Source of the DNA: Candidatus Hodarchaeota archaeon
GTDB lineage: Archaea > Asgardarchaeota > Lokiarchaeia > Sigyniarchaeales > SOKP01
Reading direction: 5' to 3'
Assembly (NCBI GenBank): GCA_048886685.1
Contig: JBHLKM010000015.1
Location: forward strand, 32,001 to 96,000
Length of the DNA stretch: 64,000 nt
Each line of letters begins with the position of its first letter. The first letter of the stretch is position 1. Below the pieces are notes generated by a model. That model was not told the DNA's origin and made no database searches. It was given only the letters and a program-made list of their open reading frames with translations. Shown one piece after another: positions 48,196 to 57,862 of the stretch. The position numbers and the translations under genes were made by a program.

Positions 48196-49674
48196 TTAAG
48201 CTTTATTTAATTCATCCTTAATTCCGGCAATCTTTTTTACCATGTCTTTTCTGGATTCAATATCATACTGAGTTGTAATTGCTATACTTTCCATTACAGG
48301 GGAACCTCCACCATGATAACTTCCGAATAGATGAACCCCACCCGTTGCAGAACAGTAAATATCACCAACATACCGCCAGAATTGTGCCGCATTTTCAGGT
48401 GAAATATTTGGATTTCGAGTAATATATTTGTAAAGATGTTCTTTTAACTCTGGATTCACAAAATCTCTTTCATGGGGAAAAGTTGCAGGAATACCTCCTG
48501 AAAGATCAACAATAATTTCAGCTTCACGAAAAACATTCTCTCCTGACAAACATCTTCCAACATTACAATAAATTGAATTTGGAATATAACTTCCGGGACC
48601 ATAAGGAATGAAACCTACTCCAGGCATATATACTTCTGGTTTACCCAAATCAGAAGCAGTGTATCCTGCGGCATAGCCAAGTTCAGTAACCATGATTAAT
48701 TCAGCTAATTTACTCCTCACATGTGATGCTCTATGAATGTTATTATATTCGGCTGCTAAAGCAGCAGTTCCTACAACTAGATCTCCTATTGCTGGTTTAC
48801 ATCCTGAATAACTATGACGATGAAATAGAGCAAATAACAATGCAAGAGTACCAGCATGTTGATATTCACCGCATAGAAAAACCCTTTCCCATGGAACAAA
48901 TACGTCATCAAAAATAATATATGAATCTGTTGCCCCTGGCATAAATCCACGCTTAAAATGTTCTCTTTCGCGAAGGTTATGAATAGTAACCACTTGTTTA
49001 ACTCCTTCATAATCTCCAGGCACTGCAAAAGCAACAGCGTAATCCTTATCTTCTGGTCTCAATGCTCTAGTTGGAACGACTATTATCTCATCAGATACAG
49101 AAGCTTCTGAAATATGAAGTTTGCATCCACGAACAATAATTCCATCATTTCTTTTTTCTACAACTCGAACATACATGTCTGGATCTTCTTGATCTGCGGG
49201 TCGTTTTATTCGGTTGCCTTTAACATCGGTCTGAGCACATGCTGCTATTAAATCTTCCTTTTGAAAACGCTCCAACCATTTTTTAAAGTTCTCATGATAG
49301 TTCGTTTCTCCATTGTTGGATTTATCTGCTTCATAACTAACATTATATACAGCATTGGTTCCATCACAGCCCATACAACGTTGAATACATCCACCGATTT
49401 TTTGACAGATTTTTCGAGTCAGATCTTGCTTTTTATGAAGATCATCAGTATTTTGATGTATATGTGTAAAGCGATTAATTATTTCACCAGAAAGGTGGGA
49501 TTTTGCGAAGATTAAATCCTTATATTCTGGGTCATCTACTACATCATAAGTAGTTCCAATAGTATTGATACAAGCCATCTGTCGTTCGTCTAATCGATCA
49601 ATCTTTTCCCCATTAAAGTAAATATTGTTCCTCATTTTGCTTAAAGCTTTCATATATTCTTCTTTTGTTCTCAT
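48196..49674 (-). CDS. abfD: 4-hydroxybutyryl-CoA dehydratase / vinylacetyl-CoA isomerase (HpaB/AbfD family)
   Basis: CIQRCMG and HRHSYSGCK provide [4Fe-4S] ligands; TDVKGNR and HGGGSP also present. Confidence 0.85.
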   Translation of the reverse strand: MRTKEEYMKALSKMRNNIYFNGEKIDRLDERQMACINTIGTTYDVVDDPEYKDLIFAKSHLSGEIINRFTHIHQNTDDLHKKQDLTRKICQKIGGCIQRCMGCDGTNAVYNVSYEADKSNNGETNYHENFKKWLERFQKEDLIAACAQTDVKGNRIKRPADQEDPDMYVRVVEKRNDGIIVRGCKLHISEASVSDEIIVVPTRALRPEDKDYAVAFAVPGDYEGVKQVVTIHNLREREHFKRGFMPGATDSYIIFDDVFVPWERVFLCGEYQHAGTLALLFALFHRHSYSGCKPAIGDLVVGTAALAAEYNNIHRASHVRSKLAELIMVTELGYAAGYTASDLGKPEVYMPGVGFIPYGPGSYIPNSIYCNVGRCLSGENVFREAEIIVDLSGGIPATFPHERDFVNPELKEHLYKYITRNPNISPENAAQFWRYVGDIYCSATGGVHLFGSYHGGGSPVMESIAITTQYDIESRKDMVKKIAGIKDELNKA

Positions 49675-49983
49675 CTTGTAGACCTTGTTTATAATATAAT
49701 ATAGAATTTCACCATTTTATGCTATTACTTCTTTACAAATCATGAAAAGAGGTAATATACTAAAAAATGGTGATCATCTACATATTATTTCAAATGATTT
49801 AAAATATTAATTATTTAATGATTTAGTTCTAGATGACCATACTTATCTTTAGTTTTTCTACCAGATTATAAAATAACTAGTCTCCAAATTAGTCTAAATT
49901 GATTATATAATCATTTAATTCTTTAATAATCAATCTTTTTACATAATAACTTACAATAGAAGTTTTTTAATAGGAGATTTTTT

Positions 49984-51495
49984 ATGGATGTCGAAGAAAA
50001 GCTAAAACTAATGAAAATCCTGTTTAATCCGAAAAATGTTGCTCTTATAGGAGCAACTAATAAGCCAAAAATCGGGTTTATGGTAGGAATGAGTATGCTA
50101 GGTTGTGGATTTACAAAAAAGATTTTTCCTATCAATCCAAGTCCAAGTTATAATAACAAGAAAATATTAGGATTCAAGGTTTTTCCTTCTCTCGATAAAT
50201 GTCCAGAACAAATTGATTTAGTTGGAATTGTTGTTCCCCCAAATGCAGTGGTAGATGCGGTAAAACAGGCAATAGAAAATGATGTTAAAACAGCAGCAAT
50301 AATTACGGCTGGATTTGGGGAAGTAAAAACGGAGGAAAGACAACAAGAAAACCAGGAATTGGTTAAAATTGCTGACAAAGGTGGATTAATCTTTATTGGT
50401 CCAAATTCGATGGGATTTTATTCATCTGAAGATAAAAATTCTCCTTTACATTTAGGTTTTGGATTTATGCTCCCAAAACCAGGTAAAATCTCTATCGTTT
50501 CTCAGTCAGGAACAATGGGTACAATTCTATGTGAGGCATTACAAAGAATTAGATATTTCGTTTCAAGTGGGAATGAAGCTTCTTTAACCCTTGAAGATTA
50601 TCTACAATATTATGCTCACGACGAGGAAACGAATACAATTGCACTTTTTGCTGAAGGGTTACGTGCGGGTAAACGATTTAAGGAAATATGTACAGAAACA
50701 ACTAAAACAAAACCTATTGTTATTCTCAAAGCAGGTATTACTAAAACAGGGGCAAGAGCAGCTAATAGTCACACAGGCTCAATTGCCGGTGCATTAGATA
50801 TAAATAAATCCGTTTTTAAGCAAACGGGGGTAATATATACCGAACTAGTATCGGAATTCATCTATCTAGTCAAGGGAGCACATTACCTTCTCCCACTTCC
50901 TACCAGTGATCCTCTACGAGCTGGCATAATTAGTGGTGGAGGTGGTATGGGAGTACATTTAACTGATCTATGTGAAAAACATGGAATCAAGGTTGTTGAC
51001 TTGAATTTAGAACCAAATGGACCTAAACTTATTAAGGATATTTCAGCGCACCTCCCTTTCTATTGGAGTCAAAATAATCCCATTGACATGGTAGCTACAA
51101 GAAATCCTACGGCTTTTCGAAATGTAATGGATCTAATGTTAAATTCTGACTGTTTTGATGTAATCTTTACGATGACTTCTGCCACATTTCTCGAAAGGAT
51201 AAATATGTTGAAACCTGATAATGAATATGGAAAAAAGATGAAAGAAAGCATGTTAATGATGCGAAATAACCAATTTAGTCAAATAGCAGATTATGAAATT
51301 AAAATATGCCGTGAACATCCTGATAAAAAGATATTATATGTTTCACTAACGCCTACCCTTGATAATCCCATTTTTGATAAATATGATGAAAATCAAATCA
51401 TGGTGTTTGGTGGGAATCTTGATACTGCAGCCATCGTATTGAGAAAGCTTCATGACTATCAAAAGTATATTAATCATTTCAATAGTAAAAAATAA
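49984..51495 (+). CDS. Acyl-CoA synthetase (ADP-forming) alpha subunit
   Basis: CoA-binding domain, GPNSMG, SQSG, SSGNEA, phospho-His SHTGSIAG and NPIDM. Confidence 0.88.
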   Translation: MDVEEKLKLMKILFNPKNVALIGATNKPKIGFMVGMSMLGCGFTKKIFPINPSPSYNNKKILGFKVFPSLDKCPEQIDLVGIVVPPNAVVDAVKQAIENDVKTAAIITAGFGEVKTEERQQENQELVKIADKGGLIFIGPNSMGFYSSEDKNSPLHLGFGFMLPKPGKISIVSQSGTMGTILCEALQRIRYFVSSGNEASLTLEDYLQYYAHDEETNTIALFAEGLRAGKRFKEICTETTKTKPIVILKAGITKTGARAANSHTGSIAGALDINKSVFKQTGVIYTELVSEFIYLVKGAHYLLPLPTSDPLRAGIISGGGGMGVHLTDLCEKHGIKVVDLNLEPNGPKLIKDISAHLPFYWSQNNPIDMVATRNPTAFRNVMDLMLNSDCFDVIFTMTSATFLERINMLKPDNEYGKKMKESMLMMRNNQFSQIADYEIKICREHPDKKILYVSLTPTLDNPIFDKYDENQIMVFGGNLDTAAIVLRKLHDYQKYINHFNSKK

Positions 51496-51596
51496 ACTCC
51501 ACACATCTAACTTTAACCGATTTTACAAACGAGAAAGGAGTAAACTTGAAACTTCCTGATATTATTCAAAATTCATTACTTATTTTGAGAATAACT

Positions 51597-51890
51597 TTAC
51601 TTCAATTCCTGAACTAATTCAAGAAAATTTGCATATGGAATAGCCGTCCAACTTTCTGCAAAAGTGGCTCCTGCCGAGCGAGAAAGTAAGGATACTTTTG
51701 CCGCGTCTTGTTCATTTTTTACTTCAAAAATGTCAAGAAAATCGTAGGGACCAAGAATCGCATAATGTGCGATCCATTTTATATCTGGTACCTTTTCTCT
51801 GACTAATTTTAACCATTTTTCACCTTGATCTTTCCTTTTTTCTACTAAGTCAGGATTTTGGAGTTTTGTTACGAGTATATATATAGGCAT
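51597..51890 (-). CDS. GYD-domain protein
   Basis: YAILGPYDFL and ESWTAIP motifs. Confidence 0.85.
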   Translation of the reverse strand: MPIYILVTKLQNPDLVEKRKDQGEKWLKLVREKVPDIKWIAHYAILGPYDFLDIFEVKNEQDAAKVSLLSRSAGATFAESWTAIPYANFLELVQELK

Positions 51891-52158
51891 AAAGAAGAAA
51901 ATAATAATTGAAAATTTAAATCTTATTAATGCAAAAAGTTACGAATTTCGGTAGATTCAGCTATAAATAATCTGAGTTTTACATCTACATTATTATGAAT
52001 TAAGAACACATTGGTGAAGATAACTGGAATCTAATTTTACCCTAAAAAAACGAGATTTACGATTTCAAGATATATTATTGACTAAAAGTAATAAAAATTG
52101 TGACCTCAACTGTTATTTTTAAAATTATAAAAAAAAATATTGAATAAAAAAATCTTAC

Positions 52159-52551
52159 TTATATAATTACTTGTAAACCCAAAGCCTCGCGAGCTTTTTC
52201 TATGTTATCAACTCCAATAACAATTCTGTTATTCTCAGCCAAGTAAATTAAATCAATATTTATACCGGCTTTACCAATTTTTCGGGCCATCTTCCCCCCT
52301 GTGCCGGGTTTTCCTGCGATATGACCGATATCCAAAACTAACACTTCACGTACAGCACGTACTTCAAAACCTTCATTTTCGAGTACCCATTTGGTTGTAG
52401 TTTCATCTTCAACCAAAATATGGATGATCCCTTCATCATTTAGAGGAAATCCACATAATCCTTCCATATTAATGCCATTTTTGCCTAGAACTTCCCCCAT
52501 ATCAGCTAACATCCCCGGCTGATTTTTCAAAATTACTGTTAAATCTCTCAT
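52159..52551 (-). CDS. Tandem ACT-domain protein
   Basis: NQPGMLA...GINME and KPG...AGINIDLIY. Confidence 0.88.
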   Translation of the reverse strand: MRDLTVILKNQPGMLADMGEVLGKNGINMEGLCGFPLNDEGIIHILVEDETTTKWVLENEGFEVRAVREVLVLDIGHIAGKPGTGGKMARKIGKAGINIDLIYLAENNRIVIGVDNIEKAREALGLQVII

Positions 52552-52738
52552 TATATTATTCCTCCTTTTTTTATATTTGCTGTTTTTTAAATTGAACCTT
52601 ATTTTGTAGTAATTTTAAAATTATTAGATTTTATACCAATGTTAAATTAAGACTTTTCTCTATTTAAGCTTTCTTTTGATATTTTTTTATAGATCAAAGC
52701 TAGAAAAGAGAAAAAATTCTCTTACTAATGAAGAAAAC

Positions 52739-53239
52739 TCAGATATTTGAAGAATATATCTTTTTTACGTACGATCTCAACGTTTCAATATCTTCAAAAT
52801 AGAATAAGGTTTCCTCCTCTTTAAAAAAAGGTGTTAATAATCCTCCTCTCTTTAGGACCTCAGTAATTTCCACATCTTTTTGTACGAATACCTTTGTTTT
52901 GTTAAGAAATTCTTTAAAGGAGAGTATTATTCCCATTTCAATCATGTGACCTCCTTTATCATGTTCTATAACCATAATTATCTCATTCGAAAATTTTGCT
53001 ATAAGATCAAATTTTAAAATCAAATTCTCAAGGTGGGTACGTCTAAATTCTTTTTCAAAAAATCCAAGGTTATTTTCAATATTATTCACAATCTTTTGTA
53101 CTTCCTGAAGAGTAACGAAAGTGTCTTCACTGTACGAACCACATATAAAGATCTTATTTTTCCTCAAATCGTAAACTGAAAAAATGTTAGTAAATTCATC
53201 TAAAAAGTCATCCCACGCACTATCATGCGAAACTTGCAT
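52739..53239 (-). CDS. Hypothetical protein with nucleoside-deoxyribosyltransferase/TIR-like fold
   Basis: KIFICGSY first strand and S..IIMV...GGHMIEMG (G...E.G) pattern typical of NDT-like proteins. Confidence 0.5.
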   Translation of the reverse strand: MQVSHDSAWDDFLDEFTNIFSVYDLRKNKIFICGSYSEDTFVTLQEVQKIVNNIENNLGFFEKEFRRTHLENLILKFDLIAKFSNEIIMVIEHDKGGHMIEMGIILSFKEFLNKTKVFVQKDVEITEVLKRGGLLTPFFKEEETLFYFEDIETLRSYVKKIYSSNI

Positions 53240-53301
53240 TCTCTATCCCCAATAGATATAAAATAATTTAGGAATTCAGTTATACTATAAAATATTATAT
53301 A

Positions 53302-53332
53302 TCAATAGTAATTGACTCATTTAATTTTGAGT
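53302..53332. promoter_or_regulatory. Adjacent inverted repeats in a divergent promoter (candidate ArsR operator)
   Basis: TCAAT-N4-ATTGA (53302-53315) and ACTCA-N8-TGAGT (53315-53332). Confidence 0.35.
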
Positions 53333-53364
53333 TAGATTTAAATATATGATTATCCATATTTAGT

Positions 53365-53754
53365 ATGGAATTAGAGGAAAAAGTAAATATAAATATGTGG
53401 GGGGTAAATGATTTGAAAACTCCAAAAAAATATGAAAATATGAGGAAGGAATTAGAAATTATATCCGAGAAGACAAGGTATAAGATACTGCTTACGTTAT
53501 TAGCCAGTGAGGAATCTCTCTCGTTCAGTCGGTTAAGGGAGTTATTACCTTCTATTCCAGAGAATACCTTAAATTATCACCTCAAGATTCTAAAAGAGAA
53601 TGACTTTATTAAGAATGAGAAAAAATTAGAATATAAACGCTCCGAACCTCGTTCTTTTTATTCTCTTAGTAAAAAATCGATTAACTTACTTGAAACTCTA
53701 GGATTGACAGCTGTAAGGGAAGAGTTTAGAGCTCTATTCAAGCAAATGACATAA
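53365..53754 (+). CDS. ArsR/HxlR-like winged-helix regulator
   Basis: TRYKILLTL...LSFSRL...TLNYHLKILKE...YSLS. Confidence 0.85.
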   Translation: MELEEKVNINMWGVNDLKTPKKYENMRKELEIISEKTRYKILLTLLASEESLSFSRLRELLPSIPENTLNYHLKILKENDFIKNEKKLEYKRSEPRSFYSLSKKSINLLETLGLTAVREEFRALFKQMT

Positions 53755-53910
53755 AGAACATATCTCTTATCCAGTTTTCTACATACATAGCTTATTGAGA
53801 CATTATAGCGAAGGGCTGTGCTAATCACCTTCTTTTTTCTCTTCTTAGCTCTAAGAATATGATTTGCTTAAATATTATAAATATTTAAAAGAGTTTAAAT
53901 TATCAACGTT

Positions 53911-54447
53911 GTGTTTGCCAATATCAAACCTTCAATTAGACAACCACTTATTATTTATGGCACTGGGATGATACTAATTATCCTTTCTATAATTTTTTTT
54001 TCCCTCAGAGGGTATCCTTTAGTTACTACTGCTACTGAGACATTAAATATTGATACTCCTCCGTTGTACATGATTCCCATATTTCTTCCTTATGGGATTT
54101 TATTAGGAGAGGTTATTTGGATGTGGAATGAAAAACAGAAAAGAATTACCTACATCTTATTATTCATTGAAAGTGTGGCATTAGGAATATTCTCTTTGAT
54201 TAGATACATTATTGGGATTCCATTTAGCGGTCACGCAATTCTATTATTCTTTTATCTCCCTCATCAAGCGATAAACAATAGATTTCAGTATCCATTAAGG
54301 TTTCTAATTGGTATAACAGTTCTTATTATTACAGGATATTACAAAATTTTTCTGTGGAATGACCCTACTACTTTCCTATTAGGAGCTGTATTAGGAGTCA
54401 TTTTATGGGTTCCTGGTTTTTTTTATCGTTTAAGAAAAGCTGAATAA
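53911..54447 (+). CDS. Hypothetical membrane protein (~5-6 TM)
   Basis: Hydrophobic helices; PFSGHA is reminiscent of the PAP2 SGH motif. Confidence 0.7.
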   Translation: MFANIKPSIRQPLIIYGTGMILIILSIIFFSLRGYPLVTTATETLNIDTPPLYMIPIFLPYGILLGEVIWMWNEKQKRITYILLFIESVALGIFSLIRYIIGIPFSGHAILLFFYLPHQAINNRFQYPLRFLIGITVLIITGYYKIFLWNDPTTFLLGAVLGVILWVPGFFYRLRKAE

Positions 54448-54545
54448 AAATTTTACGTAGATAGAGAAGTTGTTTAAAATCTTAGCTCAAGGACGTATTT
54501 CTTCCCTCTTCATCCCAGTTCATATTAAAAATCCTCCAAATTAAG

Positions 54546-55769
54546 TCATGGACCTATATGACCCCTTTCTGTTTGAACAATAACCTTCTTTAAACCTGCC
54601 CCTTCTAAAACATTTTTTACTTTCAGCATTTCATCAATACTAGGTCTTTTTATCTCTTGATTACGAAAAATAGGACGATAATCGAGTACGGAAACCTGAA
54701 TATTACGGTCAATTTGGCTTAATTTCACGCCCCATTGATGGATTTGATCAAAGCCTGGATAAAAAGACTTATTGTAGGGTAGTCCTATGCCCACAAAAAT
54801 TTTATCTGGATAATATTGATCTACGATATACTTCACAGCTGACCATGCATTACTCATGTAAGTTTTCACAAGTTCCATGTCAGAGATCCCAGTTATTTTT
54901 GAAAAAATTTCCTCATCATGAGACTTCAAATCTGGACCTATATCCGTAATTCCTGCGTTTATTAGGTCATCAATATAATCTTTTGTTAGAAGGCTTGCAT
55001 TTGTATCCAAGTGCAACCTTGCTTTTGGATCTTCATTTAGAGTTTTTAAATCCTCAAAAAATTGAATCAACCATTTCCTATTGAGAGTAGGTTCCCCTCC
55101 AGAAATCGCCATTCGATCCACTTTATAATTTTTTCGAACCATTGTTAATTGTGCTGCTGCTTGGATAGGAGTCATTAATGTAATTTTAGAGTTATATGTG
55201 GTTGTAAAATTCTGACATGTAGCACAGCGAAAATTGCATCCCGCAGTAAAACACGCAACCTCAATATAAATACCTTTTTTCTTTAATTGCCATGGTGTCC
55301 CCACACCGCCTACTGAATGTGGTTGGAAACCTTGAACACGTCTTAAAGGCTCAACATTTCTAGGAATAGAAGTTTGTATGTTTATACCCTTTTTAAGACC
55401 AGAATGGCATGCAGCTGTCATTTTTCCGTTTACTAAAACAGCACATGCATAACATCCTCCTGTTTCACAAGGAGCAAAAATCCCCTTTTTTGTTGGATCC
55501 TTTGTAAATGTATAACCTGCTTTAATTAGAGCTTCTTTAATAGTAATCTCCTGCGGAACTTTGAGTTTCTTGTGGTTTACAATGATTTTAACATTATCCT
55601 TCGAAATTTCAGAAATTTCATTGAATGCCATGGAAGGACATGCCGTATAACATGCTCCACAACCAATGCACGTTCCCTTACTGGGACATTGAATTATTCT
55701 AGAACAAATACCACAATTTTGGCAGATATCATCATTTTTTCTAAATTTTACTATTTCTTGATCAACCAT
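54546..55769 (-). CDS. PflA-like radical SAM protein with N-terminal 4Fe-4S and 2Fe-2S-like ferredoxin domains
   Basis: CQNCGIC, CIGCGACYTACP, CETGGCYAC...C, CNFRCATCQN, SGGEP and DTNAS. Confidence 0.85.
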   Translation of the reverse strand: MVDQEIVKFRKNDDICQNCGICSRIIQCPSKGTCIGCGACYTACPSMAFNEISEISKDNVKIIVNHKKLKVPQEITIKEALIKAGYTFTKDPTKKGIFAPCETGGCYACAVLVNGKMTAACHSGLKKGINIQTSIPRNVEPLRRVQGFQPHSVGGVGTPWQLKKKGIYIEVACFTAGCNFRCATCQNFTTTYNSKITLMTPIQAAAQLTMVRKNYKVDRMAISGGEPTLNRKWLIQFFEDLKTLNEDPKARLHLDTNASLLTKDYIDDLINAGITDIGPDLKSHDEEIFSKITGISDMELVKTYMSNAWSAVKYIVDQYYPDKIFVGIGLPYNKSFYPGFDQIHQWGVKLSQIDRNIQVSVLDYRPIFRNQEIKRPSIDEMLKVKNVLEGAGLKKVIVQTERGHIGP

Positions 55770-55978
55770 TTATTATTCCACTTTAATAGTCACCAATCCA
55801 AGAAAAACCTAATATTTTCTTGTCTTTTAACTATTCAAGAATTGCTCTTATAAATATGATTACAGCTATTCAGGTTTCAATTTAAATAATTAAACATAAC
55901 TTCATTAGGTCTGATTCATGTTTATTTAATTAATCAAGTTATTTGTATACATTGAATTTCTTAAAAAAGATTCAATAG

Positions 55979-57007
55979 ATGTTCATAAAAAAAATTACTT
56001 ATCCAGAATTTGACCACTGTGAGTTATGTGAGTGGCGGTGTGGGGTAAATAGAAATAAAGGAGATTTAGGTGTGTGTAGAATCCGTACTCCTATTGTTGC
56101 AAGTTGCCAATTACATCCTGCCCCACCTCAATCATATACGATATTTTTAGCCGGTTGTAATTTTAGATGCTTAAACTGCCAAAACTTTTCAATTGCGCAT
56201 TATCCAGACCAACCCGACGTGTTAAGAGGTTGGATAGAGCCTAAGAAACTAGCTGAAGAAGCTTTAAAGCAGATGAACTCTCCTTTCGGAAGATTGATAA
56301 ATGCTGATTATATTTTTTTTAGCGGAGGTGCTCCAACACCATCACTTCCTTATGTTATTGAGATTATAAAAGAAGCCCGAAAACTTCAACCAAAGGTAAA
56401 AGTTAATTATGACACTAACGGCTATATGACAATTGAGTCTCTTGAAAAAATCGCTAATTTAACAACTACATTTACTTATGATATTAAAGCTTTCTATCCT
56501 GAAACTTTTTCAGCTTTAACAGGGGCAAAGATAGAGCCAGTTTTAAGAAACGCTGAAATTTTAATCTCAAGGTGGAAAGAAAAAATCTGGGAATTCCGTA
56601 TTTTAGCAATTCCTGAAATTGTTGAAAAAGACGAAATAAAAGCATTATCAAAATTCATTGCGAAGCTTGATTTTACTGTTCCAGTAAGTTTTCTTACATT
56701 TCGACCTAATTTTATTTTGGATGATCATATGGGAGCAATGACTGAATTCATGAAAGATATGGTTGAAACTGCCAGGAATGCTGGGTTATCAAATGTTACC
56801 TGGGCAGGACATGCTGGAATATCTGGTAAAATAATTAAAATTAACAATGAAGATGAAAATTTAAAAAATTTGAGAATTGAAAACGCAAAAATCGCATCAG
56901 CCTATGCAATCACACACGGATGTAAAACAATACCCCGGAATTGTAAAAAATGTTTCTATACTCATAACTGTCAAATAAAAAAATACCACCCTAAGAGAAT
57001 TACATAG
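55979..57007 (+). CDS. PflA/AmmeMemo-like radical SAM protein
   Basis: CELCEWRC...C, GCNFRCLNCQN, SGGAP, DTNG, YDIKA and C-terminal C...C..C...C. Confidence 0.85.
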   Translation: MFIKKITYPEFDHCELCEWRCGVNRNKGDLGVCRIRTPIVASCQLHPAPPQSYTIFLAGCNFRCLNCQNFSIAHYPDQPDVLRGWIEPKKLAEEALKQMNSPFGRLINADYIFFSGGAPTPSLPYVIEIIKEARKLQPKVKVNYDTNGYMTIESLEKIANLTTTFTYDIKAFYPETFSALTGAKIEPVLRNAEILISRWKEKIWEFRILAIPEIVEKDEIKALSKFIAKLDFTVPVSFLTFRPNFILDDHMGAMTEFMKDMVETARNAGLSNVTWAGHAGISGKIIKINNEDENLKNLRIENAKIASAYAITHGCKTIPRNCKKCFYTHNCQIKKYHPKRIT

Positions 57008-57188
57008 CCTATGAGTACAACTCCATAACATCATTCACCCGAATAGCATCTACTTAATTAAAATATTGTTCAATATTTAGCTTAGAAAAGAAACAAAAAT
57101 TTGAAAATTAGAACATTTGGCTTGAATTAAAAGAAGATTAAGTAGAGAAAATCCCAATCTTTTTACTTTCTACATCGTCTTTTCAAAG

Positions 57189-57207
57189 GAATTTTCATTG
57201 AAATCAG
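57189..57207 (+). repeat. Direct repeat copy A (GAATTTTCATTGAAATCAG)
   Basis: 19/19 identical to 57703-57721. Confidence 0.8.
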
Positions 57208-57208
57208 G

Positions 57209-57374
57209 CTAAAAAATAAGCAGGGTGAGTTCGTCATCGCGAAAGATAGCTTAGAGGTAAACAAACCATTGAAAATAGAAACCTAAAGGGTGTGAAAGCT
57301 AAATCTTAATAAGGATATTCAACTATCTTAGTGTGAATATCTAAAGGTGAATCCAATATTCCCTGTTTTTTTAG
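57209..57374. ncRNA. Candidate structured RNA or MITE-like element
   Basis: Terminal pairing CTAAAAAA..GCAGGG / CCCTGT..TTTTTAG closes internal hairpins TGAGTT/AGCTTA with ATC-GCGAAA-GAT, AGGT/ACCT, GTGAAAGC and GGATATTCA/TGAATATCT. Confidence 0.45.
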
Positions 57375-57408
57375 AAAAGTAAGAATTAGAGAATTACTGC
57401 AAACCCTT

Positions 57409-57573
57409 GTGGATATCTCCCAAGAACAAATCTATCAAGAGCTTCTTAAGGAAAAAAGCGATAAGGAGCTTCATGAAATGGACGAAAATGAGCTAATATT
57501 CTTAATTCTTGAGGTGTTAAAACGATTAGAAAAGAAAAAGATGAAAAAGGAAGTTAAATTAATTTATATTTAG
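57409..57573 (+). CDS. Small acidic/basic helical ORF (54 aa), possibly a 5'-truncated gene
   Basis: GTG start, VDISQEQIYQELLKEKSDKELHEMDENELIFLILEVLKRLEKKKMKKEVKLIYI*. The frame stays open upstream into the structured element. Confidence 0.4.
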   Translation: MDISQEQIYQELLKEKSDKELHEMDENELIFLILEVLKRLEKKKMKKEVKLIYI

Positions 57574-57702
57574 CCATAATCACAATTGTTCTACTTCTGC
57601 TCGTTTCATGTTCTCTCACTTCCCAGTAAAAATTCTACGAGATATTTAAATGTCTCCTTCACATTCTCTCTAAACTATTGAATACTGTTTAGTTTTTCCA
57701 TT

Positions 57703-57734
57703 GAATTTTCATTGAAATCAGAAGCTGAATTTAC
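57703..57734 (+). repeat. Direct repeat copy B (GAATTTTCATTGAAATCAGAAGCTGAATTTAC)
   Basis: Matches copy A (19/19) and copy C (29/31). Confidence 0.8.
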
Positions 57735-57838
57735 TTTCATGAATATTTTTTTTGATAGATCCCTAGATTAAATAAAACAGAATAAGATAAGATTTAAAAA
57801 AAAAATAGTTTGATGGTTAAGAATATCAATTAAATTAT

Positions 57839-57857
57839 TACTTGATATTGTCAAGTA
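57839..57857. promoter_or_regulatory. Candidate MarR autoregulatory operator
   Basis: TACTTGA-N5-TCAAGTA palindrome, with a degenerate second TTG-N6-TCAA at 57863-57875, just upstream of the MarR-GNAT gene. Confidence 0.55.
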
Positions 57858-57862
57858 TTTAA

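Noticed and set aside
51955-51982. Possible inverted fourth copy of the cassette repeat (reverse complement reads AACTCAGA-N9-GCTGAAT)
   Set aside because: Needs an 8 bp insertion and lacks the TTTTCATTG half; plausible by chance in AT-rich DNA.
57209-57374. Known riboswitch (FMN, cobalamin, c-di-AMP, Moco) or retron msr-msd
   Set aside because: Only isolated sub-motifs match (CAGGGTGA, GGTGAATCC, AACCTAA). Other conserved cores are missing, and there is no matching downstream gene or RT.
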